A stretch of 61,954 bases of DNA, the filler included. It is 5 parts of 5 records of this genome, joined end to end, with 100 filler letters (N's around TTAATTAATTAA, not from the genome) between each part and the next. Parts side by side here need not be neighbours in the genome. Positions count along the whole stretch, not along the records: positions 1 to 12,647 come from SRR31156797_995; positions 12,748 to 25,970 come from SRR31156797_1003; 3 more parts are not named here. The stretch is one strand, 5' to 3'. Under the pieces are notes generated by a model. The model saw nothing but the letters and a program-made list of their open reading frames with translations. It made no database searches and had not been told where the DNA came from. Below, in pieces: positions 9,754 to 19,329 of the stretch; within the stretch, counting starts at the first letter, position 1, and each line of letters starts with the position of its first letter. Position numbers and translations under genes: made by a program.

Positions 9754-11835
9754 ATGCCTCCTGAAGCAAATCAAAATTCAATCGGTGTTGTCCTCGCCGT
9801 AAATGGCGATGTTTTCCTGCGTTCCGACTCCGGAATCCGTCAGGTTGAGGCGGGAGCCGAAGTTTTCAGGGGCGAAGAACTGGTTACCGGGGCAGGAAGT
9901 ACAGCAGAAATCCGTTTTGTAGACGATACCCTGCTCTCTCAGGGCGCGGATTCCGCAATTTCTCTCGATGATTATGTATTTGATGATTCCGTGTCTGAAG
10001 CGGAACTCCTTTTTGAGATGACTCAAGGGACTTTCCGTCTGGTGACCGGTAAAATTGCTGAGCAGAACCCTGACCGTTTCAAGGTTGGTACCCCTCTCGC
10101 TACAATCGGTATCCGTGGTACTACCATTGTCAGTGAAATTACTCCCGGCGGCGGGCAGAAGATCGGTGTTGAAGAAATTCATGCCGGTAAGGCTTTGCTG
10201 GTCCAGTCGATCAGCGGTGAGATCAGGATGATTTCCAACGCCCGCGAACTGGTTGATATCGCCATGTCCGGTCAGCTCGGCTCTGTTCGTGCCATGACTA
10301 CCCGGGAATTTGATTCATTCCGTGAGATCGCTCCATCGGCAATCCGGCAGGAGCAGGAAATTCAGCAGCAGCGTCAGGAAGAAGAGCAGCAGGAAGATCC
10401 TCAAAATCAGGAACAGGACGAGCAGGGGCAGGAAACTCAAGGTGAAGATGGTGATCCTCAGGGCGAAGTCGAAGGCGGCGAAACCGGAGGTCCTGCAATT
10501 CCCGGTCAGGGTGTGCTTGATCCGGGGATCGGTGTTGCCGATCCTGCCGGGGGGCTTGCTGTAAATAAGCCGGAATTACAGAAGGAGATTGAGGAGAAGG
10601 TTGAAGAGAGTATTAAAGAAAATGTAGGTGAAGCTGAAGGGCGGCTTCAAGAACTTGCTGAGGAAATTATTGAAGCAGTTGAGGAAGGAGATCTCGCTGC
10701 TGCTCAGGAACTATTGGCTTCTCTGCAAATTGTAGCCAACGATCTGATTGATGAACTTATTAATCCTGATGTTCCGCCTGAAGCTGAAGGTCAAACTGTT
10801 AGTGATGGTGACGGCAATAGCTGGATTCTTGGTACCACAGGTGATGATAGCCTGCGAGGTGGGACCGGAGCTGATTCCATCAATGGTCTTGCCGGAAATG
10901 ATACCATCTGGGGCAGGGAAGGCAATGACTTGATCTATGGCGAAGCAGGCGCTGATACCATCTACGGTGAATGCGATAATGATATTATCTATGGTGGTAC
11001 TGGAAATGATACTATTTCCGGTGGTGCCGGTTCAGATACTATATATGGCGGAGACGGGATCGACATACTTTCATTTGAAGATGCCAGTGCTGGAGTTGAT
11101 GCCTATATCAGTGGCGGAACTGCAGTAAGTGATGGAGAAACAGATTATTTCACCGGAATTGAAGCCCTGAAAGGTTCTAGCTACAACGATACGCTTTCCG
11201 GTCATTCGACTGAAGCTAATACTTTTTACGGCAGTAGCGGTAGTGATGAGATGAGCGGTCTTGGTGGAGAAAACTGGGTTTCATATGTTGATGGAAGTAA
11301 TGGTGTTTCAGTAGACCTCACAGGCTCTTCAGATAATGTAACTAAGCTTGGGACCAGTGATAAGGATACCTTGCATGACATTAATCACGTGATCGGAACA
11401 AGTCATAACGATACCATTACCGGTAATTCGTCCAGTAATACCCTGATGGGAGGGCAGGGCGATGATACTTTGACTGGTAAGTTTGGTTCAGACTATCTTT
11501 CCGGTGGAGCCGGAGCGGATGTTTTTAATTATACCACCACCCACAGCAGTGAGGGTGGGGATTATATTAATGATTTTGACTCCGGCGTAGATTCATTTAA
11601 GTTCAGTGGTAGTGGTGGGTACGTCTGGAGTGGAACCCCGTTTGCCACAAGCTCTGATTATAATGGATCAACCGGAACTGGATTATCGGCAGGTGTGGAG
11701 CAGTTTGTTTATGACAGCACTGACCGTCAGTTATGGTACGATGCCGACGGAGCCGGGGCCGGGGCCGGGGTACTCATTGCGACTTTAACCGATAGTAGTG
11801 AAGCCGTGGTGCAGGGTGATATATCTGTTGTCTAG
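9754..11835 (+). CDS. FecR-domain / RTX protein 3 (693 aa)
   Basis: Same architecture as the two upstream paralogs. Confidence 0.85.
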   Translation: MPPEANQNSIGVVLAVNGDVFLRSDSGIRQVEAGAEVFRGEELVTGAGSTAEIRFVDDTLLSQGADSAISLDDYVFDDSVSEAELLFEMTQGTFRLVTGKIAEQNPDRFKVGTPLATIGIRGTTIVSEITPGGGQKIGVEEIHAGKALLVQSISGEIRMISNARELVDIAMSGQLGSVRAMTTREFDSFREIAPSAIRQEQEIQQQRQEEEQQEDPQNQEQDEQGQETQGEDGDPQGEVEGGETGGPAIPGQGVLDPGIGVADPAGGLAVNKPELQKEIEEKVEESIKENVGEAEGRLQELAEEIIEAVEEGDLAAAQELLASLQIVANDLIDELINPDVPPEAEGQTVSDGDGNSWILGTTGDDSLRGGTGADSINGLAGNDTIWGREGNDLIYGEAGADTIYGECDNDIIYGGTGNDTISGGAGSDTIYGGDGIDILSFEDASAGVDAYISGGTAVSDGETDYFTGIEALKGSSYNDTLSGHSTEANTFYGSSGSDEMSGLGGENWVSYVDGSNGVSVDLTGSSDNVTKLGTSDKDTLHDINHVIGTSHNDTITGNSSSNTLMGGQGDDTLTGKFGSDYLSGGAGADVFNYTTTHSSEGGDYINDFDSGVDSFKFSGSGGYVWSGTPFATSSDYNGSTGTGLSAGVEQFVYDSTDRQLWYDADGAGAGAGVLIATLTDSSEAVVQGDISVV

Positions 11836-11855
11836 TCAAAAATTTACATCTATTG

Positions 11856-11885
11856 AAAAGCCGCCTTCCGGGCGGCTTTTCTTTT
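11856..11885 (+). terminator. Intrinsic terminator
   Basis: AAAAGCCGCC-TTCCG-GGCGGCTTTT-CTTTT. Confidence 0.8.
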
Positions 11886-12010
11886 ACCTTCTATCCAAAT
11901 CTTCTTGCCAATCCCATCAATTTCTTATCTAACTATAACTAATGACACCTGAAACCGGGCCTTGTCCCGGATACTGTATCTGAACCTGTGACTGAAAAGG
12001 AAGGTGCCAC

Positions 12011-12592
12011 ATGAGCAGAATTGATGAAATACTTGGCAGAATTGATGTGCTGGAAAAGGAACTGCGTGTTGAGCTGCGCGATATAAAAAGTGAGTTCCTT
12101 TACACCGTACAGAAGAAGAAAGTGCGCTTTAGCGCTGAGGTGCGTGTGGCGCACCGCGAACTGGCTGCTAAGTGGAGCGATTATGTTTATGATTCCGGGG
12201 TTTGGGTTATGCTCACTCTGCCCTTTATTTTTATGCCGCTTATCCCGGCCTTGATGATTGATGTGGCTGTCTGGCTATATCAGCTGATGTGTTTTCCGGT
12301 GTACGGTATTCCCCGCGTGAAGCGGCGCGATTACGTAGTTATCGACCGTCATAGCCTTAAGTATTTGAACCTGATTGAAAAGGTTAACTGCTACTATTGT
12401 GGTTATTTTAACGGTTTAATCGGTTTTGTGCGTGAGGTTGCGGCCCGTACAGAGCAGTACTGGTGCCCGATCCGCCATGCCCGTCCGGTTAAGTCCGTGC
12501 ATAGCCGCTATCGCCATTTCTTCCCTTATGGTGATGCAAAAGGGTATCGTGAAGGTCTGAACGACGTGCGTAGTAGATTCGATGACGTATAG
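12011..12592 (+). CDS. Conserved hypothetical membrane-associated protein with CxxC and WCPIRH motifs
   Basis: AAGG(T) RBS, one hydrophobic segment, NCYYCGYFNG..RTEQYWCPIRH. Confidence 0.75.
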   Translation: MSRIDEILGRIDVLEKELRVELRDIKSEFLYTVQKKKVRFSAEVRVAHRELAAKWSDYVYDSGVWVMLTLPFIFMPLIPALMIDVAVWLYQLMCFPVYGIPRVKRRDYVVIDRHSLKYLNLIEKVNCYYCGYFNGLIGFVREVAARTEQYWCPIRHARPVKSVHSRYRHFFPYGDAKGYREGLNDVRSRFDDV

Positions 12593-12647
12593 CTAAAAGG
12601 CAAAGCGGCGAAGCCCCAATAAAAAGTTTTGGGATTCTTAAACCCTT
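12593..12647. repeat. Start of a probable Desulfovibrionaceae intergenic REP/MITE-like repeat, cut by the contig end
   Basis: GCGGCGAAGCC..AAAAAGTTTTGGGATTCTTAAACCCTT resembles an intergenic palindromic repeat recalled from this family; it coincides with the assembly break. Confidence 0.45.
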
Positions 12648-12747
12648 NNNNNNNNNNNNNNNNNNNNNNNNNNNNNNNNNNNNNNNNNNNNTTAATTAAT
12701 TAANNNNNNNNNNNNNNNNNNNNNNNNNNNNNNNNNNNNNNNNNNNN
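12648..12747. other. Artificial contig linker
   Basis: 44 N + TTAATTAATTAA (stops in all six frames) + 44 N; base composition changes across it. Confidence 0.98.
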
Positions 12748-12844
12748 CCTTTATGAATCATATGCATGATTTCTATTTCCGCAATTGATTCGCAGCGGAT
12801 TTGAAAGTTTTGAATCCAAGCATTGATTTTGTCTTCTTCTTAAT
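12748..12844 (-). mobile_element. IS6-family transposase C-terminal remnant (frameshifted)
   Basis: Minus strand reads IKKKTKSMLGFKTFKSAA, then after a frameshift SIAEIEIMHMIHKG, matching the IS6 MLGFKSF..GIE.MHMI.KG motif. Confidence 0.75.
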
Positions 12845-12878
12845 AAGAACTGATTCTTATATCAGCTACTTATATTTT

Positions 12879-13952
12879 TCATGAATTTGTTAATATTACT
12901 TTTAGAGCTTTATCATCACCATTTTCAGCAATTTTAAATGCATTCTCCCAATCCGCTAAGTCAAATACATGTGTAACTATTCCATCTGTAAATAATTTAC
13001 CTTTGTCTATTAAATCTATTACTGTTTCATAGCAATCAGGGCTAAGGCTGGAGCCTTTTATTGTTAGCTCTTTGCCATCTCCGATTATGCTCCAGTCTAT
13101 ACAAGCTTCATCTGTAAATACACTGAATTCTACAAAGGTTCCTTGCTTTTTTAACAACTTAAGACCTTGCAAAATACTTGATGGATGCCCAGTTGCTTCA
13201 ATATACACATCGCAACCATATCCATTTGTTTCACTCAATACACATTCCCAAATGTCGTCCCTGCTTGGATTTAAGGCAATATCAGCACCAGCTTCTAGAG
13301 CCTTTGTCAATCTATCTTCTTTGAAATCTAAAACAATCAGTTTTTTAGGGTGTTTTAGCTTTGCTGCACTTATCATGCCTAACCCTAGTGTTCCAGTACC
13401 TGCAATAACAACAATATCATTATTTGTGATATCTGCTCTTTCCACACAGTGCATTGAACATGAAAACGGCTCAATTAATACCGCTTTTTCTATCGGCATA
13501 TTTTCAGGTATTTTGTAGTTTATAGATTTCTTTGGGAGTTTAAGGTATTCTGCCATTCCTCCGTTTAAATAGTTCTTAAACCCATATACATCATGTTTAT
13601 CACAAACTGAATATTTGCCTGTTTTACAATAAATACACTCTCCACAAGGAACTATTTGCTCAGAAACTATACGATCGCCAATTTTAAATTCACCAATTGT
13701 ATTATCTCCGATTTCCACTATCTGCCCTACGAATTCATGACCTGGTATGGCAGGCGGCTCTACATATGCATCATACTTTTCACTGCCCCAAAACCTAGGT
13801 GCACCTTTCCATGCTTTTGTATCACCTGCACATATCCCGCATGCCTCAACTTTGATTACTATTTCGCCATTTTCAGCATGTGGTATATCCACCAATTCCA
13901 TACTATAGTTGCCTTTACCATGTGCAACTAATGCCTTCATTTTATCTTTCAT
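12879..13952 (-). CDS. Zn-dependent polyol dehydrogenase (erythritol/L-threitol dehydrogenase-like MDR)
   Basis: CGICAGD..GAPRFWG..IPGHEF, structural-Zn CGECIYC..C and GTGTLG NAD motif. Confidence 0.85.
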   Translation of the reverse strand: MKDKMKALVAHGKGNYSMELVDIPHAENGEIVIKVEACGICAGDTKAWKGAPRFWGSEKYDAYVEPPAIPGHEFVGQIVEIGDNTIGEFKIGDRIVSEQIVPCGECIYCKTGKYSVCDKHDVYGFKNYLNGGMAEYLKLPKKSINYKIPENMPIEKAVLIEPFSCSMHCVERADITNNDIVVIAGTGTLGLGMISAAKLKHPKKLIVLDFKEDRLTKALEAGADIALNPSRDDIWECVLSETNGYGCDVYIEATGHPSSILQGLKLLKKQGTFVEFSVFTDEACIDWSIIGDGKELTIKGSSLSPDCYETVIDLIDKGKLFTDGIVTHVFDLADWENAFKIAENGDDKALKVILTNS

Positions 13953-13975
13953 AATAACATCTCCTTAAATATTGA

Positions 13976-14968
13976 TTAATCTGCAAGGATATTGTCAATA
14001 GTATTAATTTCAGCTTCTGTAAATCTACCAGTCTTTAGTATTCCGAGATTGCTTTCAATTTGAGAAACTTTAGATGCACCAATTATTACTGATGTTATTT
14101 TATCATCCCTTACTGCCCATGACAAAGCCATCTGCGCCAGAGATTGATTTCTATTCTTTGCAATTTCGTTTAATTTTTTTATCTTAAAAACAACTCCCTC
14201 CGTAATTGACTCTTTATTCAAGAAAATACTTTCACCAGCTGCTCTTGAGTCTTTTGGGATACCATTCAAGTATTTATCTGTTAGAAGCCCTTGTGCTAAT
14301 GGAGAAAAGCAAATCGTTCCTGACCCATTTTCATATGCCTTATTTAGCGCTTCTACTTCTATCTCTCTATTGAACATAGAATACTTTACCTGATTCAAAA
14401 CACAGGGTGTTCCTAAAGACTTAAGTATGGATAATGCTTCTTCCAGCATTTTACCATCGTAATAATTTGACAATCCTACATATAGTGCCTTTCCTTGTCC
14501 TACTATTGAATCCAAAGCTCTCATCGTCTCTTCGAGTGGAGTATTTGGGTCTGGTCTATGATGATAAAATATATCCACATAATCTACACCCAATCTTTTT
14601 AGACTTTGGTCAAGCGAAGAAATCAAGTATTTTTTAGACCCAAAATCTCCATATGGACCTGGCCACATATAGTATCCTGCTTTAGATGAAATAATCATTT
14701 CATCTCTATAGCTTCTGAAATCCTTATTCAATATACGTCCAAAAGTTTCCTCTGCAGAACCTGCAGGAGGACCATAATTGTTTGCTAAATCAAAATGTGT
14801 AATTCCATTATCAAAAGCATATCGTACCATTTCTCTCCCATTTTCAAATATATCAACACCACCGAAGTTGTGCCACAGCCCTAGTGATATAATAGGTATC
14901 TGCAGGCCACTTGCTCCGCATCTTCTATATTCCATTCCGTCATATCTTTTTTTATTTGCTATATACAT
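13976..14968 (-). CDS. Aldo/keto reductase, YghZ/Gpr (L-glyceraldehyde 3-phosphate reductase) type
   Basis: SLGLWHNFG, HFDLANNYGPP, SSKAGYYMWPGPYG and DIFYHHRPD motifs. Confidence 0.9.
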   Translation of the reverse strand: MYIANKKRYDGMEYRRCGASGLQIPIISLGLWHNFGGVDIFENGREMVRYAFDNGITHFDLANNYGPPAGSAEETFGRILNKDFRSYRDEMIISSKAGYYMWPGPYGDFGSKKYLISSLDQSLKRLGVDYVDIFYHHRPDPNTPLEETMRALDSIVGQGKALYVGLSNYYDGKMLEEALSILKSLGTPCVLNQVKYSMFNREIEVEALNKAYENGSGTICFSPLAQGLLTDKYLNGIPKDSRAAGESIFLNKESITEGVVFKIKKLNEIAKNRNQSLAQMALSWAVRDDKITSVIIGASKVSQIESNLGILKTGRFTEAEINTIDNILAD

Positions 14969-14988
14969 GTTCTGTCCCCCTGTAATTA

Positions 14989-15831
14989 TTAGCCTTTAAC
15001 AGACCCAATTGTAACACTTGCTAGAAATTTATCTTGTAATAGTAGAAAAACTATCATCATTGGTATAATTACAATCGCACATCCTGCCAACATCAAATCA
15101 TAAGGTATTGCACCTCCAGCTGAGTCATTTTCACTTAGAGTAGGCAAAATTACCATTATGGGTTTTAGTTTCACAGACGTAATCATTATTCTAGGATACA
15201 AGTAATCATTCCATTTTGCCAAAAACTGTAGTATCCCTAAAGCGCCAAACACTGGTGTTGCCGTTGGAACTATTATTCTTGTAAACACTTTAATATGGCT
15301 AGCTCCGTCTATTCGTGCTGCCTCCAGCAAAGAATCTGGTATACTAATCATATATTGTCTGAACAGAAACATTGCAAATACATTTGCCGCACTAGGTATA
15401 ATCTGTACCTTATATGTATCAAGCCAATTAATCTTTGAATAAATTAGAAACTGTGGAGTTATCAATAGCTCCTGAGGTACCATCATTGTCATTAAAAGCG
15501 CAAAGAATAGTGCATCTCTACCCTTAAATCTATATTTGGCAAATGCAAAACCTGCCATTGATGCTACAACTAATATTAATATTGTACTACTTGCAGCAAT
15601 AAAAATCGAATTAAAATATGTTCTCAAAATAATCCCAGAATTATAATTAAAAAGTCTAGCATAATTATCTAATGTTGGGCTAATTGGTAATCCCGCTGAG
15701 TTTGAGTATATTTCCGGTAAGCTCTTAAATGAATTTGATAACATTATAAAGACTGGATAGATTAAAATCAACGAGACAATTACTAAAATACCGTGTAACA
15801 TAATTTTTGAATATAATTTTTTATTTCTCAT
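14989..15831 (-). CDS. Carbohydrate ABC transporter permease (MalG-like)
   Basis: Multiple TM segments and the LLEAARIDGAS EAA motif. Confidence 0.93.
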   Translation of the reverse strand: MRNKKLYSKIMLHGILVIVSLILIYPVFIMLSNSFKSLPEIYSNSAGLPISPTLDNYARLFNYNSGIILRTYFNSIFIAASSTILILVVASMAGFAFAKYRFKGRDALFFALLMTMMVPQELLITPQFLIYSKINWLDTYKVQIIPSAANVFAMFLFRQYMISIPDSLLEAARIDGASHIKVFTRIIVPTATPVFGALGILQFLAKWNDYLYPRIMITSVKLKPIMVILPTLSENDSAGGAIPYDLMLAGCAIVIIPMMIVFLLLQDKFLASVTIGSVKG

Positions 15832-15835
15832 GATA

Positions 15836-16714
15836 TCAGTTTTCTTCCTTAAACAACTTTATTTGGAAAACAGTTATCACCATAACTATTATCGTTAGCA
15901 ACCACCCTGCTGCACTTGCTTTACCAAACATTCCAGAATTAATATTAGAAGTAATTATATTAATGAAGGGAGCTACCTGTAATGGAGCTTCTGTAGTACT
16001 AAGTACAAGATTAGGCTCGGTATAAAGTTTAAAAGCCCCAATGACATATGTTATAGAAGTCATCATAAATATAGGTTTCATTATAGGAATTATAATTCTA
16101 AATAATGTTTGAACCGAGCTTGCTCCATCTATTTTTGCTGCCTGAAGTACACTTTCATCAATTGTAGTCAGTCCTGATAGGAATAGTATAAAGTACCAGC
16201 CTATCCCCCGCCATGAAATTAACGTTATTACAGGTATATACATGTATTTAGTATCATTCAAAAAAGGTATTTCAGTACCTAATAGATTATTAATGATTCC
16301 TACTTGGTTTCCAAAAATGACTTTAAATATTAATGCTGAAGCAACTACTGCACTGATTTGTGGTAAAAATATTAATGGTTTATATATGCCTTGATATCTC
16401 TTAACTGAATCTGATCTTACTGCTATAGCAAGCATAAATGCAGAAATCATAACAATTATATAACTAAAAAAGAAATATATAAACGTGTTTTTCAACGAAT
16501 TCCACATAGTTGGATATATTAATAACTGCTTGTAATTACTAAACCCAATAAATGTTGCTGTTCCGTAACCTCTATATTTGTAAAAGCTTAGAATAAATGA
16601 ATATATTGCAGGGAAAACAAAAAACATCAGTACCGATATCATAAATGGTAATAGAAAAAAATATGGAACCAATTTTTCTCGTGTGGTGGTTTTTCTTATA
16701 TTTTTCTTGTGCAT
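15836..16714 (-). CDS. Carbohydrate ABC transporter permease (MalF-like)
   Basis: FIGFSNY and QAAKIDGAS motifs with TM segments. Confidence 0.93.
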   Translation of the reverse strand: MHKKNIRKTTTREKLVPYFFLLPFMISVLMFFVFPAIYSFILSFYKYRGYGTATFIGFSNYKQLLIYPTMWNSLKNTFIYFFFSYIIVMISAFMLAIAVRSDSVKRYQGIYKPLIFLPQISAVVASALIFKVIFGNQVGIINNLLGTEIPFLNDTKYMYIPVITLISWRGIGWYFILFLSGLTTIDESVLQAAKIDGASSVQTLFRIIIPIMKPIFMMTSITYVIGAFKLYTEPNLVLSTTEAPLQVAPFINIITSNINSGMFGKASAAGWLLTIIVMVITVFQIKLFKEEN

Positions 16715-16786
16715 ATAAATCTTTCCTTAAAATCAATTTATTACAGGAAGGAGAAGAAAATCACCTTCCTATAATATTTCTACTTA

Positions 16787-18154
16787 TTAGTTGTATGCAT
16801 TAACAATCTGGCTTTCCATATCCTCTTGTGCTGATTCCAAAGCTTCATCGATAGTAATATTTCCGCTTACATATTCGTTCAAGTATTGCATTATTATTGT
16901 TTGCTGCAATGAATGAGTTGGTGTGTAAGGATATATCTCTAGATACTCCAATGCTTCAAAGTTAATTTTTGCTAAATCTTCACCAAAGAATTCATGATTA
17001 TAGTAGAACTCGTCTGCTTTTGCTGATTCTAGCGGAGGAATTATACCATTTGATGTGAATACTTGTTTACGGAATTCCTGATCAAAGCTATATTTGGCTA
17101 TTACGTCAGCTGCAAGTTCTGGATTATCACTATCATTGAATACTAACCAAATACCCATTCCGGCTTCTGAACCTGCACGGATTTCTTCTGGCCAAAGAGC
17201 ACATGACCATTGTCCTGCCTGCTCTGGTACCCAGTTGATTAAATGTTGCTTCATCCATGAGCCGATAAGTTGACTTACTATAGTATCATCTGCATATGCT
17301 GCTTGCCAGTCTGCTGACCATTCGCTTATAGGTGCAAAATATCCAGAATCATTATACTTTTTGATAATTTCAAATGCTTCCCTTACATTCGGATCTGTAT
17401 CTACAGTGAAGTTTCCGTCTTCATCTGCCAAACGTCCACCGTTGCTAGTCAATAACATAAATAAATCGTATGCATTCTCTGGTGGATAATAGTTCTCAAT
17501 ATATGAGCCTGTTTGTTCATATACTGTTTTTGCTGCTTCAATGTAGTCATCAACTGTTTTTACTTCTTCCGGATTTACTCCACACTCTTCAAATACATCT
17601 GAACGATAGTACCAAACCTTAGGTTTTACTTCTTGTGGTAAGCAATATACACCGCCATCATAAGTTATTAGTTCATATACTGAATCAAAGATATCGTCTT
17701 TATATGGTTCAACTGCTTCAGTCATATCATATAGTAACCCAGCATCAGCAAATTCAAGAAATTGTGCATAATTAAGTCTAACTAGGTCAGGCATCTGTTC
17801 CTTAGAAGCTAATAGAAGTCTTAGTTTTTCAGCTACTCCCACACCTCCATCACCACCTACTACAACTTCAATGTCAATCTTCTCGTCCACTTCTGGAAAT
17901 TCTTCAAGAAACAATTCATTCAAATTTTCATAGGTTTCTACTGACCCCCAAACCATCATTTGTAAAGTCACCTTTTCACCATCATACAAGCCTTCTTCTG
18001 TAGACAAGCCTTCTTCTGTAGTATTCTCTGTAGTTTCGACTTCTGATTCAGTGTTACCTGTTTGTGCTTCTTCTTCAGATTTTGGTGTGCAACCTGCTAC
18101 CAAAGATAGAACCATAATGCAAACAAGTAAAATTGTTACGTTACGTTTTAACAT
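16787..18154 (-). CDS. ABC sugar-binding lipoprotein (CUT1)
   Basis: AAGGAG RBS before ATG 18154, lipobox LVAGC, acidic tether, SBP family 1-like body; precedes two permeases. Confidence 0.9.
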   Translation of the reverse strand: MLKRNVTILLVCIMVLSLVAGCTPKSEEEAQTGNTESEVETTENTTEEGLSTEEGLYDGEKVTLQMMVWGSVETYENLNELFLEEFPEVDEKIDIEVVVGGDGGVGVAEKLRLLLASKEQMPDLVRLNYAQFLEFADAGLLYDMTEAVEPYKDDIFDSVYELITYDGGVYCLPQEVKPKVWYYRSDVFEECGVNPEEVKTVDDYIEAAKTVYEQTGSYIENYYPPENAYDLFMLLTSNGGRLADEDGNFTVDTDPNVREAFEIIKKYNDSGYFAPISEWSADWQAAYADDTIVSQLIGSWMKQHLINWVPEQAGQWSCALWPEEIRAGSEAGMGIWLVFNDSDNPELAADVIAKYSFDQEFRKQVFTSNGIIPPLESAKADEFYYNHEFFGEDLAKINFEALEYLEIYPYTPTHSLQQTIIMQYLNEYVSGNITIDEALESAQEDMESQIVNAYN

Positions 18155-18195
18155 TTTTCTCTCCTTATTCTTATATTTCATAACATCGTTATATT

Positions 18196-19113
18196 TTAGC
18201 TCAATCTTGTAAGCTTACAGAATGTAGAGCTAGCTGAAATACTTCCGATGTAAAGATTACCTTGCTCATCACCGCCAATGCTATGTCCGCCCTCTAAAAT
18301 AGAGTTTTCATAGCCTATCTCTGCTATTTTACTCATATCTAATGAGTATACAGATAATCTTCCGTATCCTTCTATTAAATATATCATCTCTCCATCAGTC
18401 CAAGTCTCGCTAGGATATAATAAGTGTTCGAAACTTTTTATACATTTTCCTTTATTATTAAAAACCTGCAGTCTAAAATTTTCACGATCTGTTATCCAAA
18501 GTTTTCCTGCTGCGTCTTCAGTTATTGAATGTGGAAGTCTGAATTCGCCAAGTTTTCTTCCCGGCCCTCCCCATGTTTCTAATAGCTCCCAATTGTCAGT
18601 AAACTTATGTACAGATACATTCGCATATCCATCTGTTACGTATATATATCCTGATTTAGATTTTATTACTTTTGTTGGTCTATTAAACGGTTCGCCTGCT
18701 CTAGTTATTGAATATAAATCATGAGGCCAGGGCAATGATGAATCATAACCATTTTGGCATCTCATATCTTCGCCACCCATTTTGTATATATCTTCACCAT
18801 TTAAATTCATTGAGTAAATATAGTTTTTTTCATCGTCGCACACATACAATTCTTCTCTATCACAAATAGAGATCCCATGTATTCTTCCGAAGTTTAACTC
18901 TCTACCAAATCCTTTTATAAAGTTACCTTCCATATCAAATACTGCAATAGGGAATTCCTTTGACCTGTTGGCAATATAAATCTTATTATTAAATATCTGA
19001 ATTCCACTCACCTGAGGGTTAATTATTCCATACGGCCATTTTGCGAAATCTCTTTCATATCTATATTCAAATCCTTTGCATCTCAATATAAGTTCGGAAT
19101 CAAAATAACTCAT
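18196..19113 (-). CDS. NHL-repeat beta-propeller (peptidyl-alpha-hydroxyglycine lyase-like)
   Basis: HGI, VTDGYAN..HKF, GEFRLPHSI and DRENFRLQVF motifs. Confidence 0.8.
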   Translation of the reverse strand: MSYFDSELILRCKGFEYRYERDFAKWPYGIINPQVSGIQIFNNKIYIANRSKEFPIAVFDMEGNFIKGFGRELNFGRIHGISICDREELYVCDDEKNYIYSMNLNGEDIYKMGGEDMRCQNGYDSSLPWPHDLYSITRAGEPFNRPTKVIKSKSGYIYVTDGYANVSVHKFTDNWELLETWGGPGRKLGEFRLPHSITEDAAGKLWITDRENFRLQVFNNKGKCIKSFEHLLYPSETWTDGEMIYLIEGYGRLSVYSLDMSKIAEIGYENSILEGGHSIGGDEQGNLYIGSISASSTFCKLTRLS

Positions 19114-19329
19114 AGGAATTCTCCATCTCAAAATAATCTTTTTGTTCGATATTTACATTTTATATCATATTTTTTTGTATAAAAAGCTAAATATTCAACG
19201 ATTATCTTTGATTTTTAACTATTTATCTATGAAAATAAGTGAATTGATATTTTGATTATATTTTTATATTTAATAACAAAGAGATTCTTTAGTCCTCACA
19301 ATTGTATGGTTTTACATGGCTGTCTTTAA

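Noticed and set aside
11749..11770. GGAGCC/GGGGCC hexamer run as a phase-variation tract
   Set aside because: In-frame Gly-Ala codon repeat; slippage would not shift the frame.
12692..12703. TTAATTAATTAA repeated four times in the window
   Set aside because: It is a synthetic six-frame stop linker inside N runs, not a biological repeat or CRISPR.
19132..19329. Candidate AraC/YesN direct repeats (TTGATTTTT, TTGATATTTT)
   Set aside because: Too AT-rich and spacing irregular; cannot be told from background.
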